Shown here: one piece after another, positions 47,670 through 57,817 of the stretch
How the letters are laid out: the number at the start of each line of letters is the position of its first letter
Position numbering within the stretch: position 1 is the stretch's first letter
NCBI GenBank assembly: GCA_964606485.1
Contig: CAZSGP010000002.1
Location: 10,766-74,765, forward strand
Length of the DNA stretch: 64,000 nt
Origin: an uncultured Planctomycetia bacterium
Lineage (GTDB): Bacteria; Omnitrophota; Gorgyraeia; 2-02-FULL-51-18
Direction: 5' to 3'
The notes under the pieces: model-generated
Database searches by the model: none
What the model was told of the DNA's origin: nothing
Seen by the model: the letters and a program-made list of their open reading frames with translations, nothing else
Position numbers and translations under genes: made by a program

Positions 47670-49346
47670 TTAAGCCATGTCCATCATTTGTTCCAACGAT
47701 TTCCCTGACGGAATCATCGGAAACACGTTTTCTTCTTCGACCACGATAAAATCCAGCACACAGGGCCGGTCGGTGATCGTCTGAGACCAGCGGATCGCGT
47801 CTTCCACTTCATTCTTTTTCACAACTCTGCGGCCCGCCGCGCCAAACGCTTCGGCAAGCTTCACAAAATCCGGGTTTCCGTTCATGGTGGAGCTGGAGTA
47901 GCGGTGATTGTAAAACATCTCCTGCCACTGACGCACCATTCCAAGATACCCGTTGTTGATAATGGCGAGCTTCACCGGCAGCTTGCTATAAACCGCGGTT
48001 GCCATTTCCTGAATATTCATTTGAATCGACCCGTCTCCGGAAATGCAAAGCACGGTGCGTTTTGGATGCGCAAACTGCGCGCCAATCGCCGCCGGGAATC
48101 CGTAACCCATCGTCCCCAGTCCACCGCTGGTTAAAAATTGGTTCGGACCGTTTAATTTAAAATACTGCGCGGCCCACATCTGGTGCTGACCTACGTCGGT
48201 CGAAACAATGGTGTCGCTACCCAAAATGTCGCAAAGCTTTTGAATCGCGTATTGCGGACGCACAAGCTCCGAGTCATCGCGGTAACGAAGTGGGCTTTCT
48301 TTTTTCCAAGATTCAATGGTTTTCCACCAATCCTTGGTGTCCAGTTTTCCAACTAGCTGATTCAATTCTTTTAAAACTTGTTTCACGTCGCCGACAATTG
48401 GGCAATCCACCTTCACATTTTTAGCAATGGCGGAAGGATCCACGTCGATATGAATGACCTTAGCATGAGGCGCAAACTTCGCAAGATCCCCAGTGACGCG
48501 GTCATCGAATCGCGCACCGATTGCAATTAAAAGATCGCACTCATTCACGGCTTTGTTGGCGTAAACCGTTCCGTGCATGCCAAGCATTCCTAAAAATAAA
48601 GGGTGCGTTCCGGAAACGGCGCCCAAACCCATTAATGTGTTTGTGCAAGGAGCTGTGGTTTTTTCAACGAGCTCGCCTAATTCCTTTGCGGCTCCCGAAA
48701 TAATCACTCCACCCCCCGTATAAATTACAGGGCGCTTCGACTCCATAATCATCTGCGCGGCTTTTTTAATTTGCCCGCCATGGCCTAAGCCAGCTGGCTT
48801 GAATCCACGAATGTCCACGGTCTTGGGATATTCAAAATCAAGCGTCGCCAAACTCACGTCGGATGGAAAATCAATCAGCACGGGACCCGGTCTTCCGCTC
48901 ATCGCCAAGAAAAAAGCCTCCTTGAGAATACGAGGCAGATCCTTCACGTCTTTGACCAAATAATTATGTTTCGTAATCGGACGCGTAATGCCCGTCACGT
49001 CCGCCTCTTGGAAAGCATCGCTTCCAATAAAATGAGTTTTGACTTGGCCGGTGATGACAACGAGTGGGATCGAATCCATGTACGCATCGGCAATACCGGT
49101 TACGGTATTGGTGGCGCCAGGACCTGAGGTCACGACGACAACGCCGGGCTTGCCAGTTGAACGGGCATACCCTTCAGCCATATGGACCGCGCCTTGTTCA
49201 TGGCGGACCAAGATGACTTTAAATTTCGCGTCATACAATGCATCAAAAAGCGGCAGGCACGCGCCTCCCGGAAGGCCGAACACATACTCCACGCCTTCTT
49301 TAGTAAAAGCTTCCACTACGGCTTGAGCGCCAGTCATTTTAGACAT
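47670..49346 (-). CDS. ilvB: Acetolactate synthase large (catalytic) subunit
   Basis: 558 aa; ThDP-dependent fold, GGxxxxG...NN ThDP motif (ISGDGSIQMNIQE). Confidence 0.93.
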   Translation of the reverse strand: MSKMTGAQAVVEAFTKEGVEYVFGLPGGACLPLFDALYDAKFKVILVRHEQGAVHMAEGYARSTGKPGVVVVTSGPGATNTVTGIADAYMDSIPLVVITGQVKTHFIGSDAFQEADVTGITRPITKHNYLVKDVKDLPRILKEAFFLAMSGRPGPVLIDFPSDVSLATLDFEYPKTVDIRGFKPAGLGHGGQIKKAAQMIMESKRPVIYTGGGVIISGAAKELGELVEKTTAPCTNTLMGLGAVSGTHPLFLGMLGMHGTVYANKAVNECDLLIAIGARFDDRVTGDLAKFAPHAKVIHIDVDPSAIAKNVKVDCPIVGDVKQVLKELNQLVGKLDTKDWWKTIESWKKESPLRYRDDSELVRPQYAIQKLCDILGSDTIVSTDVGQHQMWAAQYFKLNGPNQFLTSGGLGTMGYGFPAAIGAQFAHPKRTVLCISGDGSIQMNIQEMATAVYSKLPVKLAIINNGYLGMVRQWQEMFYNHRYSSSTMNGNPDFVKLAEAFGAAGRRVVKKNEVEDAIRWSQTITDRPCVLDFIVVEEENVFPMIPSGKSLEQMMDMA

Positions 49347-49372
49347 ATTTGTTTCCTTCGTTTGAGTGGGAA

Positions 49373-49402
49373 ATTATAGCACGAAGACTAGCTGGGTGTT
49401 AA
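49373..49402 (-). promoter_or_regulatory. Sigma70-type promoter of the ilvBNC-leuA operon (TTAACA-18-TGcTATAAT extended -10); the -35 overlaps the alr stop codon
   Basis: Hexamers read on the minus strand in the 52-bp gap; RBS AAGGA 8 nt before the ilvB ATG. Confidence 0.6.
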
Positions 49403-50508
49403 GATTTATAACTTCGGTGTAATCTTTGGCTTATGGCGCAAACAATTTCATAAGGGATGGTTTCCACGTACTGTGAAAGCTCTTTGGCGGTAATCTGGGC
49501 GTTATTTTCTCGACCGATGAGTGTCGCAATATCCCACCTTTTAACGTTTGAGGAAGATCCCAAATCAACCAACGTTTGATCCATGGTGACACGACCCGCC
49601 ACAGGGTAACGTCTTCCTCGAATAATCACGTCTGCTTTGTTTGAAAATCCCACCCAGTAGCCGTGGCTGTACCCAATTGAAAGTGTGGCGATCTTTGTGG
49701 GCTTCGAGGCTCGATACGTAGACCCATAACTCACCGCTCGCCCCTTCGGCGTTTCTTTGATAAACGAAACTCTCGCTTTTAGCGACAGAACAGGCTTAAG
49801 CTCTCGGTCAAGCGACGAGTCGTTTCCGGGATTAATGCCGTATAGCAAAATCCCGGGTCGCACCAAATTAAAATGTGCATTTTTGAAACGCGCAAGGCCC
49901 ATACTGTTAGACGCGTGCAGGTATTTGGGCGAAATCCCTATTTTTTGAATGGCCTTCACCGCTTGGTTGAACAAATCAATTTGCCGCTGGGTGTGAATTT
50001 TATCGGAATGATCCGCATTGGCAAAGTGAGTGTAAATTCCCTCCACGCTCAAGGTCTTCATTTTTTTGATTTCACTAAAAAGCTTAGCCGCGTCCTCATG
50101 CCAAACACCTAGCCGGCCCATTCCGGTGTCGATCTTCACATGGATGGGATAAGCTTGTTTTAAATTGCGGCAAGCTTTGCTAAAAAAATGGGCGTCTTCG
50201 ATGGATGAAATCGTCGGCGTGATTCGACCGGCCACAAAAAGTGCCGCGTGGCTTGGATGAAAACTACCCAGCACCAAAATTCTGACAGAGGGCAGCACTC
50301 GCCTCAGAGCCGCCGCCTCCTGGATCGTTGCGACGCCAAAGAAACGCAGCCCTTCTTTAAACAGGGCTTTTGATATTTCCTCCATCCCATGCCCGTAAGC
50401 GTCGGCTTTCACCACCGAAAGAATTTCAGGTTTATGATCAGAGATTCTCTGGCGAATTACGGCTAAATTATTTTTGAGGGCCTTAAGATCAATCTCCGTC
50501 CAGGCCAT
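49399..50508 (-). CDS. alr: Alanine racemase (start trimmed to MAWTEIDLKAL; the ORF extends to 50622 in frame)
   Basis: PLP-binding VVKADAYGHG motif; alanine-racemase length. Confidence 0.88.
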   Translation of the reverse strand: MAWTEIDLKALKNNLAVIRQRISDHKPEILSVVKADAYGHGMEEISKALFKEGLRFFGVATIQEAAALRRVLPSVRILVLGSFHPSHAALFVAGRITPTISSIEDAHFFSKACRNLKQAYPIHVKIDTGMGRLGVWHEDAAKLFSEIKKMKTLSVEGIYTHFANADHSDKIHTQRQIDLFNQAVKAIQKIGISPKYLHASNSMGLARFKNAHFNLVRPGILLYGINPGNDSSLDRELKPVLSLKARVSFIKETPKGRAVSYGSTYRASKPTKIATLSIGYSHGYWVGFSNKADVIIRGRRYPVAGRVTMDQTLVDLGSSSNVKRWDIATLIGRENNAQITAKELSQYVETIPYEIVCAISQRLHRSYKS

Positions 50509-50515
50509 TGGGAAA

Positions 50516-51127
50516 TTATTTTTTGGGGCGCGTGGCATTGCAGTCTCTTTTGTACAAGTAAAGCGGTTCAAGTTTAAAAGGATTATCCCATTTCTTTTTT
50601 TGAATCTTAGGCCAGGCGGCATCCAAAATGTTTTGCGCCAGCGGCGTCGCCGTCGTCCACACTTCGCGCCCTATTTTCTTAAAAAATGTTTCCTTCAAAA
50701 AAAGAGTGGGCTTGATTAATGTTTTTAAACTGCCGTTTGATTTTTTTTGGTAGAGCGCTCCGTAAACATTTGCCCGCCGTGCATCCAGGCAAACCGGAAT
50801 AGACGCATTATGCGTGTCACTGCGAAGTGCCATCGCTTCCAGACTCGACACCCCAACGAGCTTCGTTTTCAAAATGTAAGCCATGGTCTTGGCGGTGGTC
50901 ACCCCAACGCGTAACCCTGTAAATGAGCCCGGCCCAAGTCCCACGACAATGCAACCCAGATCACTCGGAATGAGTTTTGATTCTTTAAAAAGCCGCTCGA
51001 GCATTGGGACGAGTTCCGACGAGTGGCGCGTAAAACCATCGGAGCACATTTCACGAATCAGTGCGCGGTCCTCGAAGAGACCAATGCTTAGAATGTCTGA
51101 CGAACTGTCAAAAGCGAGAATTTTCAT
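50516..51127 (-). CDS. tsaB: tRNA threonylcarbamoyladenosine biosynthesis protein TsaB (YeaZ)
   Basis: 203 aa; MKILAFDSSSDILSIGL ASKHA-fold N-terminus. Confidence 0.85.
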   Translation of the reverse strand: MKILAFDSSSDILSIGLFEDRALIREMCSDGFTRHSSELVPMLERLFKESKLIPSDLGCIVVGLGPGSFTGLRVGVTTAKTMAYILKTKLVGVSSLEAMALRSDTHNASIPVCLDARRANVYGALYQKKSNGSLKTLIKPTLFLKETFFKKIGREVWTTATPLAQNILDAAWPKIQKKKWDNPFKLEPLYLYKRDCNATRPKK

Positions 51128-51129
51128 TT

Positions 51130-51609
51130 TTATCTTCTTCTAAAATCAATCTGCCGGTTCTTTGGTCCTAAAATTTTAATGTGAATTTCCGCTCTTTTAG
51201 AGGGCAAAAGTTTTTTCTCTCTTCCCGCCCACTCGACTAGCGTCACGCCACCCGCATTGAAACATTCTTCGGCGAACTCCGCATCTACATTCTTCACTTC
51301 AGCTAAACGGTACCAGTCCAAATGATAGATTTTTACGCGTCCTGAGTATTCGTGAATGAGCGCAAACGTGGGACTTGCCACCTCAGCCTCATTTTTAACT
51401 CCGAGACCCTTGGCAATTCCTTTGACCAGCGTGGTTTTCCCTGCGCCCAAGTCACCAAACAACGCTACCACATCCCCTGGCGTCAATTGCTTGGCAATAG
51501 CTAATCCCACTTTTTTAGTTTGTTCGGCTGAGCCGCTTTTAAAAGTGACGGAAGCCGGATTCTTGGAGATTTTTTTGCTGGCCATTTTTAGCTTGAAGCT
51601 TAATCCCAT
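51130..51609 (-). CDS. tsaE: tRNA threonylcarbamoyladenosine biosynthesis ATPase TsaE (YjeE)
   Basis: 159 aa; GDLGAGKTTLVKG P-loop and YHLDWYRL motif. Confidence 0.88.
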   Translation of the reverse strand: MGLSFKLKMASKKISKNPASVTFKSGSAEQTKKVGLAIAKQLTPGDVVALFGDLGAGKTTLVKGIAKGLGVKNEAEVASPTFALIHEYSGRVKIYHLDWYRLAEVKNVDAEFAEECFNAGGVTLVEWAGREKKLLPSKRAEIHIKILGPKNRQIDFRRR

Positions 51610-52420
51610 TTTTTGAACTTACGACTGCGCCAACCGCACAAACCTTGAACGGTAAATTTTTTAATCGTGCGGCCTGACTGGGTGGAGCGGCAAACAAAAG
51701 CTCAAAATCCTCTCCATCAGACAGGGCCTCTTTAAGCGAAACGCCTTTATTTTTGGGAACGCTCTCGCTCCACAACACCGCGCCCACGTGACTCGCCGCA
51801 CAAAGCCTGAATAGATCCGACGCCAGACCGTCCGACACATCCATCATCGCATGAATTTTTATTTTGTTAACGAGAATTTGCGCTTCTTTGAGTCGGGGTG
51901 TAAAGTTTAAATGTTTTTTAGAGGCGTAAGAACCACCCAAAGGCCCCGTCACAAAAAGCTGGTCACCCGGTCTTGCCCCAGAGCGCAAAGCAAGCTTTGA
52001 GCGCTCCACTCGACCGGTCAGCGTCACTGAAACGATAAGCTTACTGGAAGCATTGGTGTCGCCGCCCACCACGGCAGCTCCAAAACTCCGCGCCACACTC
52101 TCCAAACCCCGGTAGAGCTCTAAAGCGAACGAGCCCGCGCATTTTTTGGGAAGCCCCACAGCCACCACGGCGTGCTCTGGAATTCCACCCATTGCCGCAA
52201 TGTCACTTAAGTTCACTGCCATCGCTTTGTGGCCTATTTCGTATGCTGACGCTTCCTTTAAACGGAAATGCTTATTCTCAATCAGCATGTCTGCGGTGAT
52301 CAGCGTGTAAAACTTTTGATCGCGGTTGATCACCGCAGTGTCGTCCCCGATTCCCACGACGACGCCGGCATTTAGCCGCGTGCGGCGCTTTATTGAATCA
52401 ATCAGCTCAAATTCATTCAT
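51539..52420 (-). CDS. thiL: Thiamine-monophosphate kinase
   Basis: 293 aa; AIR-synthase-related fold, GIGDDTAVI N-terminal motif. Confidence 0.88.
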   Translation of the reverse strand: MNEFELIDSIKRRTRLNAGVVVGIGDDTAVINRDQKFYTLITADMLIENKHFRLKEASAYEIGHKAMAVNLSDIAAMGGIPEHAVVAVGLPKKCAGSFALELYRGLESVARSFGAAVVGGDTNASSKLIVSVTLTGRVERSKLALRSGARPGDQLFVTGPLGGSYASKKHLNFTPRLKEAQILVNKIKIHAMMDVSDGLASDLFRLCAASHVGAVLWSESVPKNKGVSLKEALSDGEDFELLFAAPPSQAARLKNLPFKVCAVGAVVSSKNGIKLQAKNGQQKNLQESGFRHF

Positions 52421-52426
52421 CGCGTT

Positions 52427-53476
52427 TTAAACCGACAAGGCCCGAAACCAAAGCGTCAGACAAACCATAATCAAATTGTGCGTCACATGAACTGTCATCG
52501 ACGGCACAAGCGAACCTGTTTTTTCGGCAAGCACCGCCAAAAAAACTCCTAAAATTAAAATTGGGAAAAAAGCCGCCAAGTTAAAATGAAGTGCGGCAAA
52601 AATGAGTGATGACGCCGCGATCGCTCCCCATGAACCCAGCTTCTGTCGCAGCCCTCCCAGCAAAAATCCTCTAAAGAAAATTTCCTCAAAAATGGGCCCA
52701 AGGCCTGCGACAAAAATACTAAAGAATAATAGATAATCCGTCGAAGATTCTTTCAGATAGATCTCCACCACCGCTTGAGGCGCTGGTTCATAGGAAAAAT
52801 GCTGAGCCACGACCACAACCGCTAACAATGAAATGCATAGAAGCGGCAACATAAAAAGATAACCACCCAGTCCCAGTCGAACATGGTTTAAAAATTTATT
52901 CCACGAGAGCCCAAAGTCGCTTGCGGAGTATTTTAATTTCGCACACACAAGCCACAAAATGAGAACTGACACCGTTAAATTGCGGATCAAGCTATTGGCC
53001 ATCACAAGCACCTCGGTGTTCGCCCATTCCAATCCAAAAAAATAATGGCCCATGAATTGACTAGCAACCATCACCGCTTCCATAAAAAAAAGAAACGCGG
53101 TCACGAGCAATACTTCCCGAAATCCCCAGACAGCCGGTGTACGGCTTTGGGCCGATGGCCAAATAGGCTGTTTGCGGAGTTTGCGACGCAGGACAACCGC
53201 ATTCATAAAAAATCCAGCCGACAAAACGAGAACGATCGTCGCCGAAAAACTTTGGGCGAGCGCTGGCTTCTCTAGAATATTTTTTTTAAACTTTTCTTCC
53301 CGTTCATGGAGAGATTCTTTACTCATCCGTTCTACTTTTTTGGATGCGCTGGGCGCTTCGGAAGTGTCTTCGGAACTGCGGCTTACGAGGAATATTCCAG
53401 CATATAAAATTAGGGTGGCCGCAATCAGCAGTATCGTGGCCCGGTTTCTGCGAAGCTCTTCTCTAAAGAAGTTCAC
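52427..53476 (-). CDS. CPBP family intramembrane glutamic endopeptidase (CAAX protease/Abi-like)
   Basis: 349 aa polytopic; EEIFFRG, FAALH and HxxxN motifs. Confidence 0.8.
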   Translation of the reverse strand: MNFFREELRRNRATILLIAATLILYAGIFLVSRSSEDTSEAPSASKKVERMSKESLHEREEKFKKNILEKPALAQSFSATIVLVLSAGFFMNAVVLRRKLRKQPIWPSAQSRTPAVWGFREVLLVTAFLFFMEAVMVASQFMGHYFFGLEWANTEVLVMANSLIRNLTVSVLILWLVCAKLKYSASDFGLSWNKFLNHVRLGLGGYLFMLPLLCISLLAVVVVAQHFSYEPAPQAVVEIYLKESSTDYLLFFSIFVAGLGPIFEEIFFRGFLLGGLRQKLGSWGAIAASSLIFAALHFNLAAFFPILILGVFLAVLAEKTGSLVPSMTVHVTHNLIMVCLTLWFRALSV

Positions 53477-54258
53477 GGCAGGGTTTTAAATTTAAAAAAA
53501 GAAAGCGCAGTTTTGGTGGTGGTTTCGCAGAGCGATTCAAGTGAGACGCCGCGCTTTTTAGCCAGGAATTCAGCATGATGCACCATAAACGCGGGCTCAT
53601 TGCGCTGCCCTCTTAAATTTTGAGGCGCAAGATACGGCGAGTCGGTCTCAAGCATGATGTGGTCAAGCGGCGCAAAACAAGCCGCCTCGAGTATTGTGCC
53701 AGCAGTCTTGTAAGTAATATTTGCTGTAAAGGACGCAAAAAATCCCAAATCCAAAATAGTTTTAAGCTCCTCTTTGCCATACGAAAAGCAGTGGATCACG
53801 CCCTTTAATTTACCGCCGGATTCCTGCCGAATAATGTCAGCGGTGTCTTTAAATGCATTCCGGGAATGTACGATCACCGGAGTGTTGGTGTCGACGGCGA
53901 TTTGAAGCATTCGCGCAAAAACTTTTTTTTGAATTTCAGGCTGAGCTTCGCTTTTAAAATAATCCAACCCGACTTCCCCGATGGCCGCCGGTCTTTTCTC
54001 ACGAATAAATGTTTCGAGCTCCTTTAAAACCTCTTCGGTTGCTTCGTGCGCCGAGTGCGGATGTAGCCCCGCCGAAAATCGCATGAATGGATGCCTTTTA
54101 GCTAAATCACAAGCCTTCTGATTTGTCCCGGCGTCTGTTCCAACATTGACCAGATATCGCACGCCCGCCTCTTGTGCGTTCTTGATGACGGCATCGCGAT
54201 CGGCATCAAATGCATCAAAGTGGATGTGGCAGTGCGTATCAACTAGCGTGGGTGGCAT
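53473..54258 (-). CDS. tatD: TatD-family metal-dependent hydrolase/DNase
   Basis: 261 aa; LVDTHCHIHFDAFD N-terminus and TIM-barrel His/Asp/Glu ligands. Confidence 0.88.
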   Translation of the reverse strand: MPPTLVDTHCHIHFDAFDADRDAVIKNAQEAGVRYLVNVGTDAGTNQKACDLAKRHPFMRFSAGLHPHSAHEATEEVLKELETFIREKRPAAIGEVGLDYFKSEAQPEIQKKVFARMLQIAVDTNTPVIVHSRNAFKDTADIIRQESGGKLKGVIHCFSYGKEELKTILDLGFFASFTANITYKTAGTILEAACFAPLDHIMLETDSPYLAPQNLRGQRNEPAFMVHHAEFLAKKRGVSLESLCETTTKTALSFFKFKTLP

Positions 54259-55345
54259 TTTTCCTCAATCTTTCGACAATCGGCGGCAATTCGTTTAAAC
54301 ACGCGTCAATTTCCGCATCGGTCGTGTAGCGGCCTAGCGAAAAACGAATCGTGGAGCGCACCATTTTTTCAGATAGACCCATGGCCAAAAGCACATGAGA
54401 CGACTCAACCGACCCCGCCGTGCAAGCTGAGCCCGTGGACACATAAATATTCTTAAGATCCAAATTCATTAAAAGCGTTTCACCGTCTAGGCCATCAAAG
54501 GAAATATTGGCCGTGTTATAAACCATGCCTTCCAAATTTCCATTCAGCTGAATCTTGGAAATATTTTTCCGGATCCCCTCGATGAGTTTATCGCGTAAAA
54601 GTTTCACACGCTTAACCTCCACCACTGATTTCTCTCGGACAAGCTCGACTGCCTTTCCAAAACCGGCAATCGAAGCGACATTTTCTGTTCCGGGTCGAAT
54701 ATTTTTTTCCTGATGACCGCCGTGCGTTACGGCCTTAATCTTGATTCCTTTTTTTAAGTACAGCGCGCCCACCCCTTTGGGTCCGCAAATTTTATGGGAC
54801 GAAATCGTAATCATATCCGGACGAACCAAATCTAAATCAATTTTAATTTTTCCGAACGACTGCACACAATCCGTGTGAAATAAAGCGCCCTTTTGGTGGG
54901 CTAGACGGGAAGCTTCTTCAATCGGCTGAATCATCCCCGTTTCGTTGTTGACGTGCATGACGCTCACCAAAGCTGTTTGGTCTGTGATGGCTTTTTCGAG
55001 CTCAGAGAGAATAATCACGCCGTTTGAATCCACCGGAACAATGCTCACCGGAATTCCTTTTTTTTGAAGGGCCTGCGCCGGATGGAGCACGGATTGATGC
55101 TCGATGGACGAAACGACGAGGTGGTTCTTTTTTCCGGACAGCGCTTCCAAGGCGCCCTTAACAGCGAGGTTATTGCCTTCAGTTCCGCCGGAAGTAAAAA
55201 GAATGTCTCCCGGCTCGGTTTCTAAAAAATCGGCGATGATTTCGCGGGCTGACTCTACGGCATTGCGGGACGCCTGTCCCTTTTTATGGAAACTTGAGGC
55301 ATTGCCAAACTCGTGTGACAAATACGGCTTCATCGCCTCAAACAC
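54239..55345 (-). CDS. iscS: Cysteine desulfurase (group I IscS/NifS type); true N-terminus probably about 40 nt further upstream with a non-canonical start
   Basis: SSHKICGPKG PLP-lysine site, STGSACTAGS active-site Cys loop. The same frame upstream of the listed start encodes AYLDYNATTPVDPQVFEAM, the conserved desulfurase N-terminal motif. Confidence 0.88.
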   Translation of the reverse strand: MFEAMKPYLSHEFGNASSFHKKGQASRNAVESAREIIADFLETEPGDILFTSGGTEGNNLAVKGALEALSGKKNHLVVSSIEHQSVLHPAQALQKKGIPVSIVPVDSNGVIILSELEKAITDQTALVSVMHVNNETGMIQPIEEASRLAHQKGALFHTDCVQSFGKIKIDLDLVRPDMITISSHKICGPKGVGALYLKKGIKIKAVTHGGHQEKNIRPGTENVASIAGFGKAVELVREKSVVEVKRVKLLRDKLIEGIRKNISKIQLNGNLEGMVYNTANISFDGLDGETLLMNLDLKNIYVSTGSACTAGSVESSHVLLAMGLSEKMVRSTIRFSLGRYTTDAEIDACLNELPPIVERLRKNATHAS

Positions 55346-55389
55346 TTGAGGGTCTACAGGGGTAGTCGCGTTGTAATCCAGGTAAGCTT

Positions 55390-56946
55390 CTATTTTGGGA
55401 CCTCGATGCGGGGAAACAAGGGTTCGGGTTTTGTAATTTTTCCGCCCTTTTCAAAGTAGCCCCATCGGATCTCAGTTTTACCGCTCGTTTTAGGAATTCC
55501 TAAATAATGATTTATTTTATCGGCGGTTTCGGGAATAAACGGTGTCACCGCTTTTGCGGAAATTTGAATGACTTCGAGAAGCTGAACAATCACTTCACGA
55601 AGCTCATCGGTTTTTTGTTCTTTGGCGAGTTTCCAAGGAGCTTTGGCTTCAATGTATTTATTGGCCTGACTAATCAAATCCCAAATCGCTGCAATCGCCT
55701 CGGAGTACGCGAGGACGGCCATTTTTTCAGAAAGCTTTTGCGGGAGAGCATTGGCAAGCTCTCTCAAAACACCGCCACATTTGAGAGAAATTCCTTCCGG
55801 CACATTGGACTCAAAGTATTTCTCACACATTGTCAGCGACCGGCTCACCAAATTTCCAAGATCATTCGCTAAATCCGTGTTGTAGCGTTTGGTGAGCGCT
55901 TCCTCACTAAATGTCCCATCTGACCCAAACGGTGTTTCGGCGAGTAGAAAATACCGGTACGCATCGACCCCAAACTTTTGAACAATCGCGGTAGGGTCCG
56001 TGACATTGCCGAGCGACTTGGACATTTTCTCACCACCCTGCACCCACCAGCCGTGCGCAAAAATCATTTTTGGCGGCTCAAGTCCAAGCGCGTGCAATAA
56101 AATCGGCCAGTACACCGCGTGATGCCTCAAAATATCTTTTCCGATCAAGTGCACGTCCGCTGGCCACCACTTTTTAAACTCAGCTTGCTTTGCCGGTTCG
56201 GCAAAATGCACCGCGGAGATGTAATTCACGAGCGCATCAAACCAAACGTAGGTGACGTGCTCGGCGCTCAGCGGCGACTCAATCCCCCATGCCAGACGGC
56301 TCTTAGGGCGCGACACGCAAAGATCAGTCAGCGTATTATTCTTAAGAAAACCCAGCACTTCGTTGCGACGCGTTTGCGGCAAGATAAAATTCTCATGCGA
56401 CTCGATGTATTCGATGAGCCAGTTTTGGTACTTTGAAATTTTAAAGAAATAATTACTCTCTTCTAGTTTTTCGGCAGGACGCTTACAGTCGGGGCAATGA
56501 ATATCACGCCCCGCCACCTGTTCGGCTCGCACATATTCTTCAGTGAGAAAGGTCTCGCAGGGCGTGCAGTAGTAACCGCTATACACAGCCGTGTAAAGCT
56601 CGCCCTTTTTCTCAAGATCGATCCACACTTTTTTCACTGCTTCTTTGTGACGCGGCTCGGTGGTGCGGATAAAATCATCATAGGAAACATTCAGTGTTTT
56701 CCAGAGCTCGCGAAACGTTTCAGAAATTTCATCCACAAAAATTTTAGGCTCTTTGCCGGCCGCCGTCGCCGCTTTTAAAATTTTCTGCCCGTGCTCGTCG
56801 GTTCCTGTTAAGAGAAGCACTTCTTGTCCGTTCAGACGGTGATAGCGCGCCAGCACGTCCGCGGCAACATTGGTATACGAATGCCCAATATGTGGCTTAG
56901 CATTCACGTAATAGAGGGGCGTCGTTAAATAAAATTTTTTAGGCAT
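55390..56946 (-). CDS. metG: Methionyl-tRNA synthetase (short form)
   Basis: 518 aa; HIGH (PHIGHSYT) and KMSKS motifs, zinc knuckle CPDCK. Confidence 0.93.
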   Translation of the reverse strand: MPKKFYLTTPLYYVNAKPHIGHSYTNVAADVLARYHRLNGQEVLLLTGTDEHGQKILKAATAAGKEPKIFVDEISETFRELWKTLNVSYDDFIRTTEPRHKEAVKKVWIDLEKKGELYTAVYSGYYCTPCETFLTEEYVRAEQVAGRDIHCPDCKRPAEKLEESNYFFKISKYQNWLIEYIESHENFILPQTRRNEVLGFLKNNTLTDLCVSRPKSRLAWGIESPLSAEHVTYVWFDALVNYISAVHFAEPAKQAEFKKWWPADVHLIGKDILRHHAVYWPILLHALGLEPPKMIFAHGWWVQGGEKMSKSLGNVTDPTAIVQKFGVDAYRYFLLAETPFGSDGTFSEEALTKRYNTDLANDLGNLVSRSLTMCEKYFESNVPEGISLKCGGVLRELANALPQKLSEKMAVLAYSEAIAAIWDLISQANKYIEAKAPWKLAKEQKTDELREVIVQLLEVIQISAKAVTPFIPETADKINHYLGIPKTSGKTEIRWGYFEKGGKITKPEPLFPRIEVPK

Positions 56947-57817
56947 TCTGCTCCTGCCTGCCGGCAGGCAGGTTCCTTAGGTTATCCCACAAACAAACGA
57001 GTGCCGCTTTGGCATTGGCCATACTGTCGGTAATCTGGTCTTTGGTTAGACTTAAGTTTTCTAAAATATAAATCAACTCCTCTTCCGAATGCTCATCGGC
57101 GAAGCGTTGTTTCTGATTGCGGCGGTCCGTGTGCCCCAAAATTTCTCCGGCGTCTGCCTTTAGAACCAGCACCTCTCTAAAAAAAGAAATAACGTGGTCA
57201 AATGCCGCGCCAATTTCTTTACGCTCAAGACCTGTTGCCTCCGGTGCGCGCAGAATGTCGAACGAACTCTCCGAAATAGTACGAATCATGGCTTCGCCAA
57301 ATTGCAGAGCGTCCCCTTCCAGCTCTGCGCGCTCGCCGACCGCTGAAAAATAAATGCTTTGCGCGCGCGAACGGATGGTTTCTAAGAGTTGTGAGCCGTC
57401 TTTAACCGTCAGCACAAAATAGGTATTGGGTGCGGGCTCTTCAAGCGTTTTTAGGAGTGCGTTTTGCCCCGTGTCATTTAAACGCTCGGCTCCTTCAATC
57501 AAAAAAAGCTTGGCCTTGGCTTGAAAGGGCCTTAGGTTCGCCTTGCCGATAGCCTGGCGCACCACTTCGACACTGATTCCCACTGCATCCGCTTCGGGCT
57601 CCACGCGGTTAAAATCGGGGTGCGCATTTTGAGAGAGCTGTCGACATTGAATGCATTCAACGCAAGGCGTTCGGCTTGCACTGGGTTTGTCGCAGAAAAG
57701 TGCCATGGCCAGCTTCATTACCGCTTCTTTTTGTCCCGAATTTTCAGGACCAATGAATAAAAAGGCATGTGGCACTTTTTGACTCGCCAACATTTTCTGA
57801 ATACGCTCAAAGGACAT
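56939..57817 (-). CDS. holB: DNA polymerase III delta' subunit
   Basis: 292 aa; AAA+ lid, LFIGPENSGQ, zinc module CVECIQCRQ. Confidence 0.85.
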   Translation of the reverse strand: MSFERIQKMLASQKVPHAFLFIGPENSGQKEAVMKLAMALFCDKPSASRTPCVECIQCRQLSQNAHPDFNRVEPEADAVGISVEVVRQAIGKANLRPFQAKAKLFLIEGAERLNDTGQNALLKTLEEPAPNTYFVLTVKDGSQLLETIRSRAQSIYFSAVGERAELEGDALQFGEAMIRTISESSFDILRAPEATGLERKEIGAAFDHVISFFREVLVLKADAGEILGHTDRRNQKQRFADEHSEEELIYILENLSLTKDQITDSMANAKAALVCLWDNLRNLPAGRQEQNA

